A stretch of 27,287 nucleotides of DNA from NCBI GenBank assembly GCA_965644295.1, contig CBFFRP010000095.1:1-27287 (forward strand), read 5' to 3'. This DNA is from Paraphysomonas bandaiensis. Lineage: Eukaryota; Protista; Chrysophyceae. Positions within the stretch are counted from its first letter, which is position 1; each line of letters opens with the position of its first letter. A program made the translations under genes and the position numbers. Shown piece after piece: positions 1-11,512 of the stretch. The notes below the pieces were generated by a model. It did no database searches, had not been told where the DNA came from, and was given only the letters and a program-made list of their open reading frames with translations.

Positions 1-389
1 AGCTCTGATAACCGTATAACTATCAATTATTAGAACTATCCTTACTTATGCTCTCATAACCTTAAAGAGTGACTCACACAGCAATCTTGCACTTACAAGC
101 TGGCTCTACACTTAAGCACCCATATCATACTTATCACCATCGTATCTCTACAGTTATCGTAATGCTGTCCCTGTAGTCGTACTCATCTACTACTCATCGT
201 ACCTATCTACTACTCATCGTACCTATCTACTACTCATCGTACCTCATACCCACTTACATACGTACTCACGTACTCAAGTACATACGTACACATATACCTC
301 CACCCAACAGCTACCCTACCACCGTATACTCACTGTAGTCAGGATACCCTCACCCCACGATATATGGGACTACATGCGGATTTGTCACA
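1..389 (-). mobile_element. 5' LTR (15-389) plus primer-binding site (1-13) of an LTR retrotransposon running off the left edge
   Basis: Minus strand reads TGTGACA...GTTATA-C-GGTTATCAGAGCT, resembling the tRNA-iMet PBS (TGGTATCAGAGC). The partner LTR is outside the window. Confidence 0.6.
181..244. repeat. 20-bp tandem repeat (tactcatcgtacctatctac, ~3 copies) inside the LTR
   Basis: Directly visible repetition. Confidence 0.85.
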
Positions 390-444
390 TTCAATTAATT
401 GAAAATCAATAAATTGATACGCAGCCTGTTCTTTTGGCAGCGGA

Positions 445-560
445 TGAGTTCTAAGACTAACAGTTACAACAACTTCGGCTCCGATTCATCGGACAAAAGG
501 AAGGATTACATGCCACCCTTCGACGCTAAAAACTGACAGAAGAAAAGCAAAATAGTTCTT
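445..560 (+). pseudogene. Possible copia gag N-terminal relic
   Basis: MSSKTNSYNNFGSDSSDKRKDYMPPFDAKN* resembles the copia Gag start motif PxFDGxN; it has a premature stop. Confidence 0.3.
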
Positions 561-944
561 TCGTCAACCCAAAATAGTATACATTCTAAGAAACGGTGCC
601 CCAGAGGAGCCTACTATATACATCAAGAGGAAGAAACAGAAGAGGATTACCTTATACAGTGAATATACTTCATTTCGTCTAAGCTACCTCATACCCAATC
701 AAATTCCATAAAATAATGCATACTCTACAGATGAGACTATGAGACACCATGGGCACATATAAGCCGGGTTTGTAGAATAATCTAAGTTCGGTATATAAAG
801 CGTAAGTAAGTAAAACCATATTCCTTCATTATTATACCGCATGTCAACGAATACTAGCAAGTCTACTGCATCCAGTAGGCCTTTTTTTTCGAGCAGATAG
901 TATGAATGTGTTTTTCATATGAACATCAGAACAAAATTTATATC

Positions 945-1464
945 TTAATTGATTGCTCTGTCGTCTCTCTTCTGTGCTTTTTTCTTCTCCAGTATTCTTC
1001 TGTGTTTAGCCTCCACTTTAGCCTTCACAGCAGCTCTGGCAGCAATTCTTTCCGGGTATTGTTTTGCGATGGCCGTGATCTCCTCCTCTTTCAATTTCTT
1101 AACAACCTTCCGAGGCACCTGAAAAGTTTTAGGATCAAAGGACCGGAGTGGAGGCGGTGGTAATATTCCTATTCTGCCAAATAACCAGGCGACGCGATCA
1201 GACGGCTGAGCACCAACGCTGACCCAGTATCTCACTCTTTCTGAATTCGCTGTAATTTCTTTAACCCCATCCTTGGATGGCAAGGGGTTATATGATCCAA
1301 CCTATAATTAAATAGGAAATAAAACCTCTTAATAAATCAAATATATCTTATATTACCCTCTCCAAGAATTTGCCATCTCGAGGAGCTCTGGAATCAGCCA
1401 CTACTATTCTATAAAAGGGTAGATTCCGTTGACCCATGCGCTGCAATCTGATTCTTACAACCAT
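945..1464 (-). CDS. rps16: Ribosomal protein S16 (bS16, probably mitochondrial), join(1357..1464, 945..1301), 154 aa
   Basis: Exon 1 [36 protein letters not shown] splices through a 55-nt GT..AG intron (1302-1356) into [40 protein letters not shown]. These are classic S16 motifs, followed by a basic C-terminal extension. Confidence 0.95.
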
Positions 1465-1890
1465 TATGACTGTGACGCGGTACTGATTAATAAAATATTT
1501 AACGATTCGGCAGGTGCTACTACTATGTTGCTGCTCTTTGCAGTCAGGTGCCGCCGCAAGTAAGTTACCTTCTGTGGTTGTTGATAATATATTTATGTAT
1601 TTAGACTTGTGCCATATACACTCTGTATACACTTACTTATCATAAACATTGTACCATAAGCACCACATGTACCATACAATTATGTAGGTAATGTACGTAG
1701 TATAGTGTAGTTTGTTGTAAATAGGTGTTCACTGCATTTCAGTTTGTCTGTTGAGGATTCTGTTGCCAGCAACAAATAGCAGTTACAAAATCACTTCTAC
1801 CATATGCCACATTGTTAAATGTCCAAGTAAGAGTATTGTTTGCATATCAGGTGCTATCTATCCACTTATTACGGTTTGTAGCAACTGACC
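1465..1890. promoter_or_regulatory. Short divergent (probably bidirectional promoter) region between rps16 and GAS8; candidate 55-nt 5'UTR intron of GAS8 at 1827-1881
   Basis: Head-to-head ATGs 426 bp apart. AA|GTAAGA...TTTGTAG lies just upstream of the ATG at 1891. Confidence 0.5.
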
Positions 1891-3321
1891 ATGCCACCAA
1901 AAGGCAAAAAAGGTAAAGCAAAGAAGGAAAGTGAGGGAGAAGAAGTTGATGCCAATAATGCCGATCAGACGGAGTGGAATTCTCTTCATGCAGATGGTGT
2001 CAGATTATATAAGTTAACGCAGAAGGAGGAGCACGACTTTAATGAATTTCAGCAACAGAGAGAGAAGCTAAATTACTTTTGGATTGTTGAAAAGAAAAAG
2101 CTTGAAGATAAGAGGGCTGAGCTCAGAAATAAGGATCGCGAGTTACAGGATTTGGAGGAAAAGCACCAAGTGGAGATAAAAATATACAAGCAACGATTGA
2201 AACATCTTCTTCAGGAACATCAAAATGAAATCACACACAAAAAGACTGAGTCAGAGCTGGCACTAAAAATGGCCCAAGATGATGATAGGGAAATTGAGGC
2301 CGATGTCAAGGAAGATAAGCGTACCTTGAATATCGAACTCAAGGAGATCGAGTTGAGTCACGAGGAGTTTATTCGTGGATTGAAACGTGAACAAGACCAA
2401 AAGATAACATTCCTGAGACACGAATTTGAACGCAAGGCTAATGAGGCACAGAAGATGTATGAAGCTCGCATGAAAAAAACGAGGGAGAGTCTGGACCGTG
2501 TCCGCAAAGACGAAATAAAATCGATTGAAGAAGCCAAGCATCTCATGATAGACAAGCTCATGGCAGAACATCAGAAAGCTTTTGCAGATATTAAGAACTA
2601 TTACAACGACATTACTCACAATAACCTTGACCTGATTAAGTCCCTTAAAGAGGAGGTGAAGGAGCTGGAAGCCGAAGAACGAAAGGACGAACTGCGTCTA
2701 AATGAGAAGATGGTGGAAAACCGGAAGCTCTCTGCTCCATTAAAGAAAATGCAAGAGGATGTAGTACGGTTGAGGTCAGAATTAGAAGCATATAGGAGCG
2801 AAAAAGAAGAAATGACGGCAGTCAAGGCACAGCTGGAGGTAGTGGAGAAGGAGTGTTCTACTGTGAACTGGGAGCATGAGGTTTTACTTCAACGTTTTGA
2901 GGGTCTAAAGAAAGAGCGGGACGAACTGCGGAAACATTTCATGTCCAGCGTCTATGATGTGAAGCAAAAGTGTGGATTTAAGAGCCTTCTGTTGGAGAAG
3001 AAACTGACTGCTGTGCAACGTGTACAAGAAGAAAAAGAGGCGCAGCTCAACGAAGTACTTGCCAGAGCCAATTTACAACCATCTGCCCTGGGTAATGTTA
3101 AAGGAAACGTGGAAGATATTTTACACTTGAAGAATGATGAGGCACGCCGATTGCAGAGCGAGGTTGCTAGAGTTCAGGCGCTACAGGAGCAACTCAGGTC
3201 AGCAGTATTTTCCAAGATGAAAGAGTATGGTCTATCACCATCGGAGCTCGGTTACACACCCCAAGTATTTTCTACGAAGACAGCAACACAAAAGGTGGCT
3301 CTATCACAGTCAGCACCTTGA
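1891..3321 (+). CDS. GAS8: Dynein regulatory complex subunit 4 (GAS8/trypanin), 476 aa coiled coil, intronless CDS
   Basis: MPPKGKKGK start, REKLNYFW, HQVEIKIYKQRLKHLL, HQKAFADIKNYYNDITHNNLDLIKSLKEE, WEHEVLLQRF and VKQKCGFKSLLLEKKL match GAS8/DRC4. Confidence 0.95.
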   Translation: MPPKGKKGKAKKESEGEEVDANNADQTEWNSLHADGVRLYKLTQKEEHDFNEFQQQREKLNYFWIVEKKKLEDKRAELRNKDRELQDLEEKHQVEIKIYKQRLKHLLQEHQNEITHKKTESELALKMAQDDDREIEADVKEDKRTLNIELKEIELSHEEFIRGLKREQDQKITFLRHEFERKANEAQKMYEARMKKTRESLDRVRKDEIKSIEEAKHLMIDKLMAEHQKAFADIKNYYNDITHNNLDLIKSLKEEVKELEAEERKDELRLNEKMVENRKLSAPLKKMQEDVVRLRSELEAYRSEKEEMTAVKAQLEVVEKECSTVNWEHEVLLQRFEGLKKERDELRKHFMSSVYDVKQKCGFKSLLLEKKLTAVQRVQEEKEAQLNEVLARANLQPSALGNVKGNVEDILHLKNDEARRLQSEVARVQALQEQLRSAVFSKMKEYGLSPSELGYTPQVFSTKTATQKVALSQSAP

Positions 3322-3787
3322 TGTGTGAGAAAAGTATTATATCAATAGCTTGTTGCAATATTATCTTTCTCTTGTGTGCATGCTGTATTATTTTGCTTTT
3401 GGTGTGTAAAGGCGTACTAGGTCAGCAACGGCTTCACCGCACTATTTACGTAATTTATAAGTTCTGTACAGTACGTCTGGTAGGAAAAATACCACTTTTT
3501 GCCTTAATTTCGGTCAATTTTTGTAGGAATCGATACTTTTGTATCGAATTCTAAATATCCGAAATCTAGTTCGGTAATGGCAATCGTACCAGGAGTAAGT
3601 AGTTAAGTACTCATGGTTAACTAAGTGCGGATATATCCGACTCTGATACCAGGATGGTGCAGATTAAACAATTGAACTTTATATGATGATTTGACATTAG
3701 TATATATTAAGATAAAAAACGAGACGAGGGCGAGCCCTCGCTACCCTTCATGGGGGCTCTCTCCTTAATAATTTAAATTATATTGAA

Positions 3788-4131
3788 TGTTGAGTTCTGC
3801 AATATGATGTGATATATATAGTGCAATTGAAGTGAGTTAACAGTGTGCAATAGGTAAAGTCAACTCATAGGTGTAACGGGTGATTATAGTTACAAAGGAA
3901 TTAAATTCAGTTACTGATGTGTGACTATACAAGATATAGAACTGACTGATGAACATATGATAAACAGGTGTTGCTGGGAACAGATGTTTCAACATATGTT
4001 ACACGAATATGTAGTGAAGTGTTCAGAATAATAATTATAATTTCTTACTTGAAAGTGCATTGTGTTCAACAGCAAGGTTACGGTTTACGTGTAGAGCAAA
4101 GTTAACTTCAGTGAAATGTCCATTGTTAACA
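3788..4131 (+). repeat. Copia 5' LTR (344 bp)
   Basis: TGTTGAG...TTAACA; identical by eye to 7607-7950. Confidence 0.97.
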
Positions 4132-4146
4132 TGGTAGCGGATGGTA
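4132..4146 (+). promoter_or_regulatory. Primer-binding site (tRNA-iMet-like, TGGTAGCGGATGGTA)
   Basis: Begins with TGG directly after the LTR and resembles the complement of the initiator tRNA 3' end. Confidence 0.7.
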
Positions 4147-4671
4147 GTTCTGATGAGGCGATGGAGGACAGCAAGGTGCTGAAGTTTGACAAGTGAAACG
4201 ACACGTGTGTTGTAACGATTTGGGAGGCATGTGAACATGACGCAGATGTGTTGGAGGGTGCCAACGTATACATGGAGGCGACTCCCACATGATGATCCCA
4301 ACAAGGAAGTTTAGTCCAATCATATGCTTCTAACGCTGGTGGATAGGTTTAGAGTGAGTTGGGAATAGTACTCGAGAAGACTACAGCGGAATACCAGCTT
4401 GTAAATATTGACCAATGATATGGTCGAAATAGAGATTGATAGGCTGAAATGTATTTTCTACTAAAACTGCCTTCTACACTGAGCAGAGCAGCAGAGCAGT
4501 GCAGCTGTTCATAGTTAACGAGCAGGGAGTGCTGAACATACACATGAACAGAGACAGAGACAGAGTTCATCGGCGGAATGGTGCTAATATGTAGATGATG
4601 ATGTCTCATCTGGAGGGGAGTCCAATATGATAAATGGTGAAGTGCTTATGCCTGAAACAGTAGACCAACGA

Positions 4672-7462
4672 GTGTATCTAGGCAGTTGTGCCGGAAAGCA
4701 GCTATTCATGGTTAAAGATCATAGAGTGCTAGAGAGAAATATTATGAAGCAGAGCCAGGAGTCATATCTCTGACGTAGAAGGGGTCAGCAATGGAGACTC
4801 AAGGAGTAGGAAGCTTTCAACACTGGCAAAAGAGAAGGCATCAAAGTATGTGAAGATGCGGTGAAGAATATTGTCTCAGGCGGAATGCTGCGGGCACTGG
4901 TGTGTGGATTGGAACTACTTAGAGTACCGAGAATTGTAGAGTTAAACACTGGTAGAGAGGTGCTGGCTGGAGACTATGATGAGCATGGAGGAATGCCATG
5001 GGAGGCACTATATATAATATTATGACGTTTTGTATTTGCCTATTATTACGTCATCATGCCATCATGTAATGGAGGAAAATGACAAGGAGGGAAGTAAAGT
5101 TAGTGGATGTTGCCTTATGAGTGTGTTCCTGGGAGGAAAGGTGCCCGAGTTATCCTGGTTGAGGAAATGGGGGTGCAAGGCGTATGTATTAGTCCCGAAG
5201 GCCGATAGACGGAAAGTCTGGGAGGAAAAGGCACAAACAGGATATTTTGTGGGTTTCCCAGATGAGCAGATGGGGTATCAAGTGTTGATAGGAGATATAA
5301 TAGTCACGTCTGTTCATGTCCTGTTTGATGTATCAGTGCCCTAGAGATCGGCTGATTACTACCGAGAAATGGACTAAGCCACGGTGGCAGTGGTTCCTCA
5401 GGGAGGAGTGTTATCGACAAAACCCATGTGAAGATGGCGGCCAACTGTACAACAAGACCACGCGAATATAGATTCGGAAAGAGGTCTAACTGTGGGATAT
5501 AGATCCCTGATGTCAGGTGGTGAGGAGCAACTGGAAGTTAAGACTCCTATTCACATCATCGCGGATGAGTGAAGACCTTGTGACAAGAGTATCTGCTAGT
5601 TCTGGATCTCGTGACGACGGGACCAGCGGACATTTATTACAGCAGTTGACTGGGACGGTTCCATCCCCTTCTGACTTCGTAAGTGCTCCGGGAGAGGAAG
5701 CTCCATCAGATCGCTCAACTAGGGGCAGGCGCACAAGGGCTCCAAGGGTAGTGACGAATGTGTCAGTAGTAGGTGAGAAGCACGTATTACCTTCGTGTGA
5801 CGAAGTGGAGTGCAGCCTACTAGAGGAGGCAAATTCCATCTGGTGCTCGTCAGCGGGACCTAAGGTGCCTCAGACATATTCCGAATTCTTGGAGTTGCCG
5901 GAACGGAAGCAATGGAGTTCAGCCAGGCTGAATATGACGAACTGGAACGAAGGGAAGTGATGGAAGTTAAGCCCATACCTACCCCAGTGTCACTCCATTG
6001 ACAGCAAGACAGGCTGAGCGTGACAGACTGGAACGAAGGGAAGTAATGGAAGTTAAGCCCATCATCCCTACCCCAGTGTCACTGCAATTTGAATCCTGAG
6101 TATGTCTTTGCTTTGAAACGCAACAAGGAGGGTGCGATTCAACGATAGAAAGCAAGACTTGTGGTACTTGGATATGGAGGCCATGAGGTTGGTAGAGCCA
6201 ACAATTATACTCCAGTGGTAAAAGCGGTAACAGTAAGATTGCTATTAGCTATCGCGTTTGTTATGAATATGGTGGTGCATCAACTCGACGTATCTAATGC
6301 ATTCTTGTATATGCAGATATAAAAGGAGATGTGTGTATAAGTATGCAACACCAGATTTCAAATTGCCACCAGGATATTGCTTTAAACTGAAGAAAAGTTT
6401 ATATGGTCTTCGAAGCTCACCACAGTCATGATGATAATATGCTGAGAGCATGTCGAGATACGAATATTATTTTGGAAATTAAGCGACGAGTATGTGAAAG
6501 GTTTGATATTACAGATATGAATGAGAGTGGCCAGTTTTTTGAACGTGAGAGTGACGAGAACTCCGAATTGTCTCAAACTTGACCAGACAGTGTTCATCAA
6601 AAAGATATTGGTGAAGTATGTGGATTTTCTGGGTGCAAGGGACAAGACGCGGCTATACCCACTACCTAGTGATGTCAAAGTGGGAGTGGAACATGTGCAT
6701 TCAGCTGAGGAGCAGAAGTTAGTTGATAATTTTCCCTATCGTCCACTCCTAGGAGCGTTACTCTATTTATCTATGAATACAAGGCCGGATATCTCATATG
6801 CAGTGGGAGTATTGTCACGATTCTCAACGAAAGTTAATATCACTGTATGTAAGCTCCTGATGTATTTAATGCAGTATGTACGAGGTACTACAGATAAAGG
6901 CATTCATTATAGAGGGAGAGATTTTGATCTTCATATGTTCACTGATGCTGACTGGGCAGGCGATCCGTTGACGAGGAGATCAACTTCAGGTTATGTTATG
7001 TTTGGAGCTGGTGGACCACTATCGTGGGGTTCCAAACTTCAGTCTACTGTAGCTACATCGACTATGCAAGCAGAGTGTCAATGCTTATATAATGGATTAC
7101 AGGAAATGATATGGTCTCGGGGGGTGACTGGTGAAGTAGGATTGAAAATTGACGAGCCCACACCATTATTCCTGGATAGTCAAAGTGCTCAGGATATATC
7201 GGAAAATCCAGTGCAACATCAACGATCGAAACATATTGAGATTAAGTATCATATGATTAGAGAGCATGTGGATCCCGAACAGTTTAATACAGCGAAATTA
7301 ATTCATGTGAGCAGTCGACAACAGATGGCTGATATATATACCAAGGCTTTGAGAGGTCCAATATTCATTGAACAGAGGGAGCGAAATCTTGGGGAAAAAT
7401 TTAAGACTACTGAACAAATTATCGCAGAGGTACCCAAGGTAAAGAGAGCTCGTCGTACCTAG
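4672..7462 (+). pseudogene. Decayed copia pol (protease, integrase C-terminus, RT, RNase H)
   Basis: Protease VYLGSCA (G where the catalytic D is expected) at 4672. SH3-like LRKWGCKAYVLVP. RT fragments KARLVVLG, HQLDVSNAFLY and LKKSLYGLRSSP contain stops; no YVDD seen. RNase H FTDADWAGD/RRSTSGY/RSKHIEIKYH/ADIYTKAL is intact in ORF 6521-7462. Confidence 0.92.
5941..6090 (+). repeat. ~60-bp internal duplication in copia pol
   Basis: actggaacgaagggaagt(g/a)atggaagttaagcccat...cctaccccagtgtcact occurs at ~5941 and ~6027. Confidence 0.85.
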
Positions 7463-7597
7463 TTAGGTGTTACTGAATGGTGGGAGCTAGCTATACCAGC
7501 GGAGTCATACGTCCACCAGTGTCCTATGAGGTTCGGTGGTTGCGTATCCGATAGCAATGTTCTTCACAAATTTTAGAATGATTAACTACATCCAATT

Positions 7598-7606
7598 GAG
7601 TGGGAG
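7598..7606 (+). promoter_or_regulatory. Polypurine tract
   Basis: GAGTGGGAG directly precedes the 3' LTR. Confidence 0.75.
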
Positions 7607-7950
7607 TGTTGAGTTCTGCAATATGATGTGATATATATAGTGCAATTGAAGTGAGTTAACAGTGTGCAATAGGTAAAGTCAACTCATAGGTGTAACGGGT
7701 GATTATAGTTACAAAGGAATTAAATTCAGTTACTGATGTGTGACTATACAAGATATAGAACTGACTGATGAACATATGATAAACAGGTGTTGCTGGGAAC
7801 AGATGTTTCAACATATGTTACACGAATATGTAGTGAAGTGTTCAGAATAATAATTATAATTTCTTACTTGAAAGTGCATTGTGTTCAACAGCAAGGTTAC
7901 GGTTTACGTGTAGAGCAAAGTTAACTTCAGTGAAATGTCCATTGTTAACA
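7607..7950 (+). repeat. Copia 3' LTR (344 bp)
   Basis: Copy of 3788-4131, followed by TSD TTGAA. Confidence 0.97.
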
Positions 7951-8121
7951 TTGAAAGTTTTATTATTTAGCAATAGGCGTTAAAAATCTGCACTAATGTA
8001 GTGGATATTTGAATGCTAGACAGACTATTTAGACCTCTACCCATAACTAATCAGCACAGACTCTAATATCCTACTATTTAGCGCTACAGAAGCTGCTTGT
8101 GCGTCGCCGCAATCACCAAGG

Positions 8122-9407
8122 TGTGACCACTTCCGTCCTTATAATTTATATTTACAAGCTTGTAAATGTTCTCTCCATGGTAACTTCAATGCAGATTTAA
8201 GCTTAGTAATAATAATAAGAATGTTGTGATTACTAGAGTGTAAAGTGATGTAACGACTACGGGTGATTGAGCCTCGCTATCACGACTAACATTGCTGGTC
8301 TTATCATCCCTCTGTCCATGTGCACAGGTGATGTAGGGTAGGAGTAGCCTTCTTACAACACTCAACACTTAAATTTACTCTTCTTACTTTTAACTTCGCT
8401 ACTTCTTAACTTTCAACTCAACTACAATAATATCAACTCTCTACCATATATATTATCTAAAAATCCACAATATCCTTCTACCTATAATATCCCCATATAT
8501 AGTTAATTTTAGAAGCGGTTTCTCAGCCATAAATTGCTAGTTTTCTACTTCCAGAAATAATCATATAGAAATCTCTTAACACCCTGCTATCTACTCCTAT
8601 ATCATTCTACAGAAAATACCTACGTATACCATCATAATACTGTACGGGTTACCATAATCGTCCGTTACATCCGTATATAGGGATAGTCACGGTACACTCC
8701 AACCCTGTATCTGGCCTTAATACTCGTATCTTCTAATCTAATCATAACTACCATCATCTACATCTAATCTCATCTCATCTCATATTTCATACTACAACCT
8801 ACATAATAACTTTATTTTATTCTTAAAAGTTGGTGTGATTTCACCAGCAGGTTTCATAATATAATATATGGAAAAGTGTTATATTATAATATATTATGTA
8901 CTTATTTGAAGACTAGGGCTATTTAGTTGTTGTATATTTTCAATTTTAATTAATATAATAATATTTTTAAAATATTACGAAATATTGTATTATAATACTA
9001 TAATTGTTACTTTTCATATAAATCTACTGTAATAATACTTCTTGTAAAAATCTCACATCAACGTAACTATATATATTATACACATACAACACAATAACAT
9101 ATTTATGATTAGATACTATATATATAATATATATTACTATAAATGAAACACAGTGTGTAGTTTCTAGCTACTTATGGTAGGTTAAAAGCTTACATAAAAT
9201 AAATGCCTTTGAAGCACTAAGCTTTCGTAGTAACAGTCCTTTCTACTGCATCATGACAGACAGACTGATACACACACATACATTCGAATGCTGCAGAGCT
9301 GATACCACACTCAGATGACACTCTTTCTATGTGGTTCACAGTTGCAGGCTTATAACTACCTTCCAGGAAGATCACATCATGTATCTTCATGACAGTGTTT
9401 GGTCACA
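8122..9407. mobile_element. LTR-like non-coding insertion (solo LTR or composite)
   Basis: Ends TGTGACC...GGTCACA (7-bp inverted) and is flanked by AGG on both sides (or AAGG with one A lost). Non-coding and AT-rich. Confidence 0.5.
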
Positions 9408-9454
9408 AGGCTGTAGCACAGAGCCCATACAGTAGATTGAGGATTGAAATTACC

Positions 9455-9940
9455 CATCCTATACCCCCTGATGGTTTCTGTGCGTACGGCACTCTACATC
9501 GTCGTCTCCACATGCTGCAGACAAACAAAAGGCCCTCAGCCACGTACTGGGAGCTCGACTTCCGTAGACATGACCACAGGATCCACGCTGGCCAGTGGAT
9601 CCAGAACCTCATACAAAACACCCCCAGGGCAATTGCACAGGTCCCACCATAGCCAAACTGCACCACGCCCACACAGCCCTCATCCACAAGCATCAACACA
9701 CCTACACCAGCTCTGAGGACGTCCGTCATTGGTTATCAGTTAGTGAGATACACTCGATAGCTATGCTCCTCACCCCTGTAACCACCTGGGCAACAGACGG
9801 CGAGACCATACGGATCGTAGGCATCCCGACCGACGCTACCGCACATCGCCCCGCATGGACGTCGCCGGAGCTCCGGGAAGCCATCTTAACAGACCACCCC
9901 TACATTGTCTTACACGATGCGCATTACTCCATCCTCAACC
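9455..9940 (+). pseudogene. OTU-like cysteine protease/deubiquitinase domain in the LINE (frameshift near 9640)
   Basis: IPPDGFCAY (DGxC, Cys at 9479), HWLSVSEIHSIA (W-x4-E) and YIVLHDAHYSIL (His at 9922), in OTU order and spacing. Confidence 0.65.
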
Positions 9941-10371
9941 CAGCAGGCCTCGCAGCCGACCTCGATAATGCACTCATTCACATAGAGTACCAGATAAAAG
10001 CACTATGTCACCAGGTCCAGACCCCTAGACGGTCCGACTACACAGGCCTAACGAATACCTCTCCGTTGCTGAGGCAACTCACACCCATAGCGCCCTCTGA
10101 CGCCTACCCAACACAACACACACGACAGCAGAACCCACCACATCCCCCCTGTGACACCCCACGCCCCCCACCCCTGACTCACCTCTGGAGCACGGAGAGC
10201 CACCGCCAGGAAAGCACGCACCCTACCACCAGCCCCCACGAGGAAACAGCCTGCCCGAAAAGCCAACTATGCACATTCCTACGCCGAAGTCCCGGACGAA
10301 GTCCATACACATGCCATCTACCGTCCACAGGCCCAATTCAACACCCTACTCCACTCGGCCCACCCACCACA

Positions 10372-10550
10372 ACCGTTCACGTGGGACCCAACGCTCCACC
10401 ACAAAGTCCTCGTGGGCCCCGCCGACACCCTCTTAAGGGTAATGCTCTGTACGCCGGAGAGCCAGTCCCCGCCCAGGCCATTCTCTCGGAGTACACCGGA
10501 CATCGCATGCCCATCAGAGAAGCCCGATCCACCGAGTACATCTCAGACAG
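10372..10550 (+). pseudogene. N-terminal half of a SET-like domain in the LINE
   Basis: VHVGP...LKGNALYAGEPVPAQAILSEYTGHRM resembles the SET-N consensus KGxGLFAxxxIxxGxxIxEYxG. Confidence 0.6.
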
Positions 10551-11512
10551 TACTATCTTGTCCAGGATGCGCTGGTCACATTTGCGATAGACGCAAAAGG
10601 GACAAACGAAGCAAAACCATACTCTGCGCAGCAGGATATTGAATGTCAGATTATTAAGAAGCGCAAGCTTGTGCGTTGCCGCGACCAACCTAACAACTCG
10701 CGCGACACTACTATGCATAGCATGACTCTCATCTCTAGTTACTATTGCATGCACCGACAAGTGCTCAACTATACAACACGATTTAGTTAGCTACATACAT
10801 GGGCATACGACGAGTTGCATGTTTAAGCCGGATCATACACGCTCCTGCCCAATCTACTTGTCCTGACACAAACAACTTGCGGTCGGTGTCTTTGGCATAT
10901 GTCTCCTGCATATGCGGCAGATCTTTAGGGCCCTCTTCAAGCAAGGTGGTGTTCACAGCAGCAGGTAGTCTGGAAGGTAGAATAAAGTAGGAAACTGTGC
11001 ACCTTCAGCCCGCTCGGATGAAACCCTACTAAGCAAGAAATAACATAAAAGCACCACAAATGTACCTGACACTGCTTGGAGAACAGTGCCAGAGCCTTGA
11101 TATAATCTCAGTGACCTGGGTCAGGAGAAACCAAGACTAGGCAGTAGAAGTGTGAGAAGACATGACAGGTCTAATCACATCATTGCCATTATTGCCATGC
11201 ATCCATGAGGAAAGTTTGACGCATTACCTCGGTCATTGGCCACACAGATACCGCATAATGTGAACTCATACTCAGCATCAATCACTCAAAGCAAACGCAG
11301 TGAGCAAGCAGAATGTTGATATACCTGACATCTGCTGACTTAAGAATTTTTGAGTTCTTAAGGTGAACATCCCGGATGCTTAACTTCAGCATGCAGCCCA
11401 ATACCCCGGTTACCCTTCTGGTGGGCCCTGTCCCGGATGTCCTTGAGGTGGGCCCATTCCCGGATGCCGAAGATGTTGAACTCGGCGCGCAGGAATGGCA
11501 AGATTTCATTTT
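10551..11512 (-). other. 962-bp insertion of unrelated, apparently intron-containing sequence
   Basis: Flanked by GACAG direct repeats (10546-10550 and 11513-11517), with a composition shift. Minus-strand GT..AG intron candidates at 11285-11324, 11137-11227 and 11026-11065. Confidence 0.5.

Larger units (their letters stand above)
3788..7950 (+). mobile_element. Ty1/copia LTR retrotransposon, internally deleted, non-autonomous
   Basis: Two 344-bp TG...CA LTRs, 5-bp TSD TTGAA (3783-3787 and 7951-7955), PBS, PPT, and integrase-SH3 before RT/RNase H (copia order). Confidence 0.97.

Noticed and set aside
1465-1632. N-terminal extension of S16 suggested by ORF 1348-1632
   Set aside because: It starts at a non-ATG codon; S16 homology begins at the ATG at 1464.
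2263-2825. Minus-strand ORFs over GAS8, and similar shadow ORFs over rps16, gag, pol and the LINE
   Set aside because: Antisense shadows of real or former coding frames, with no recognisable motifs.
3318-3554. 78-aa hydrophobic ORF after GAS8
   Set aside because: T-rich 3'UTR-like sequence without recognisable homology.
3590-3651. tRNA-iMet gene ending in CTCTGATACCA
   Set aside because: No cloverleaf or A/B boxes upstream; better read as a minus-strand PBS.
11376-11405. MLNFSMQPN as the SET NHSCxPN motif
   Set aside because: It lacks the His, lies ~800 bp from SET-N inside the foreign insert, and has no following ELxxDY motif.
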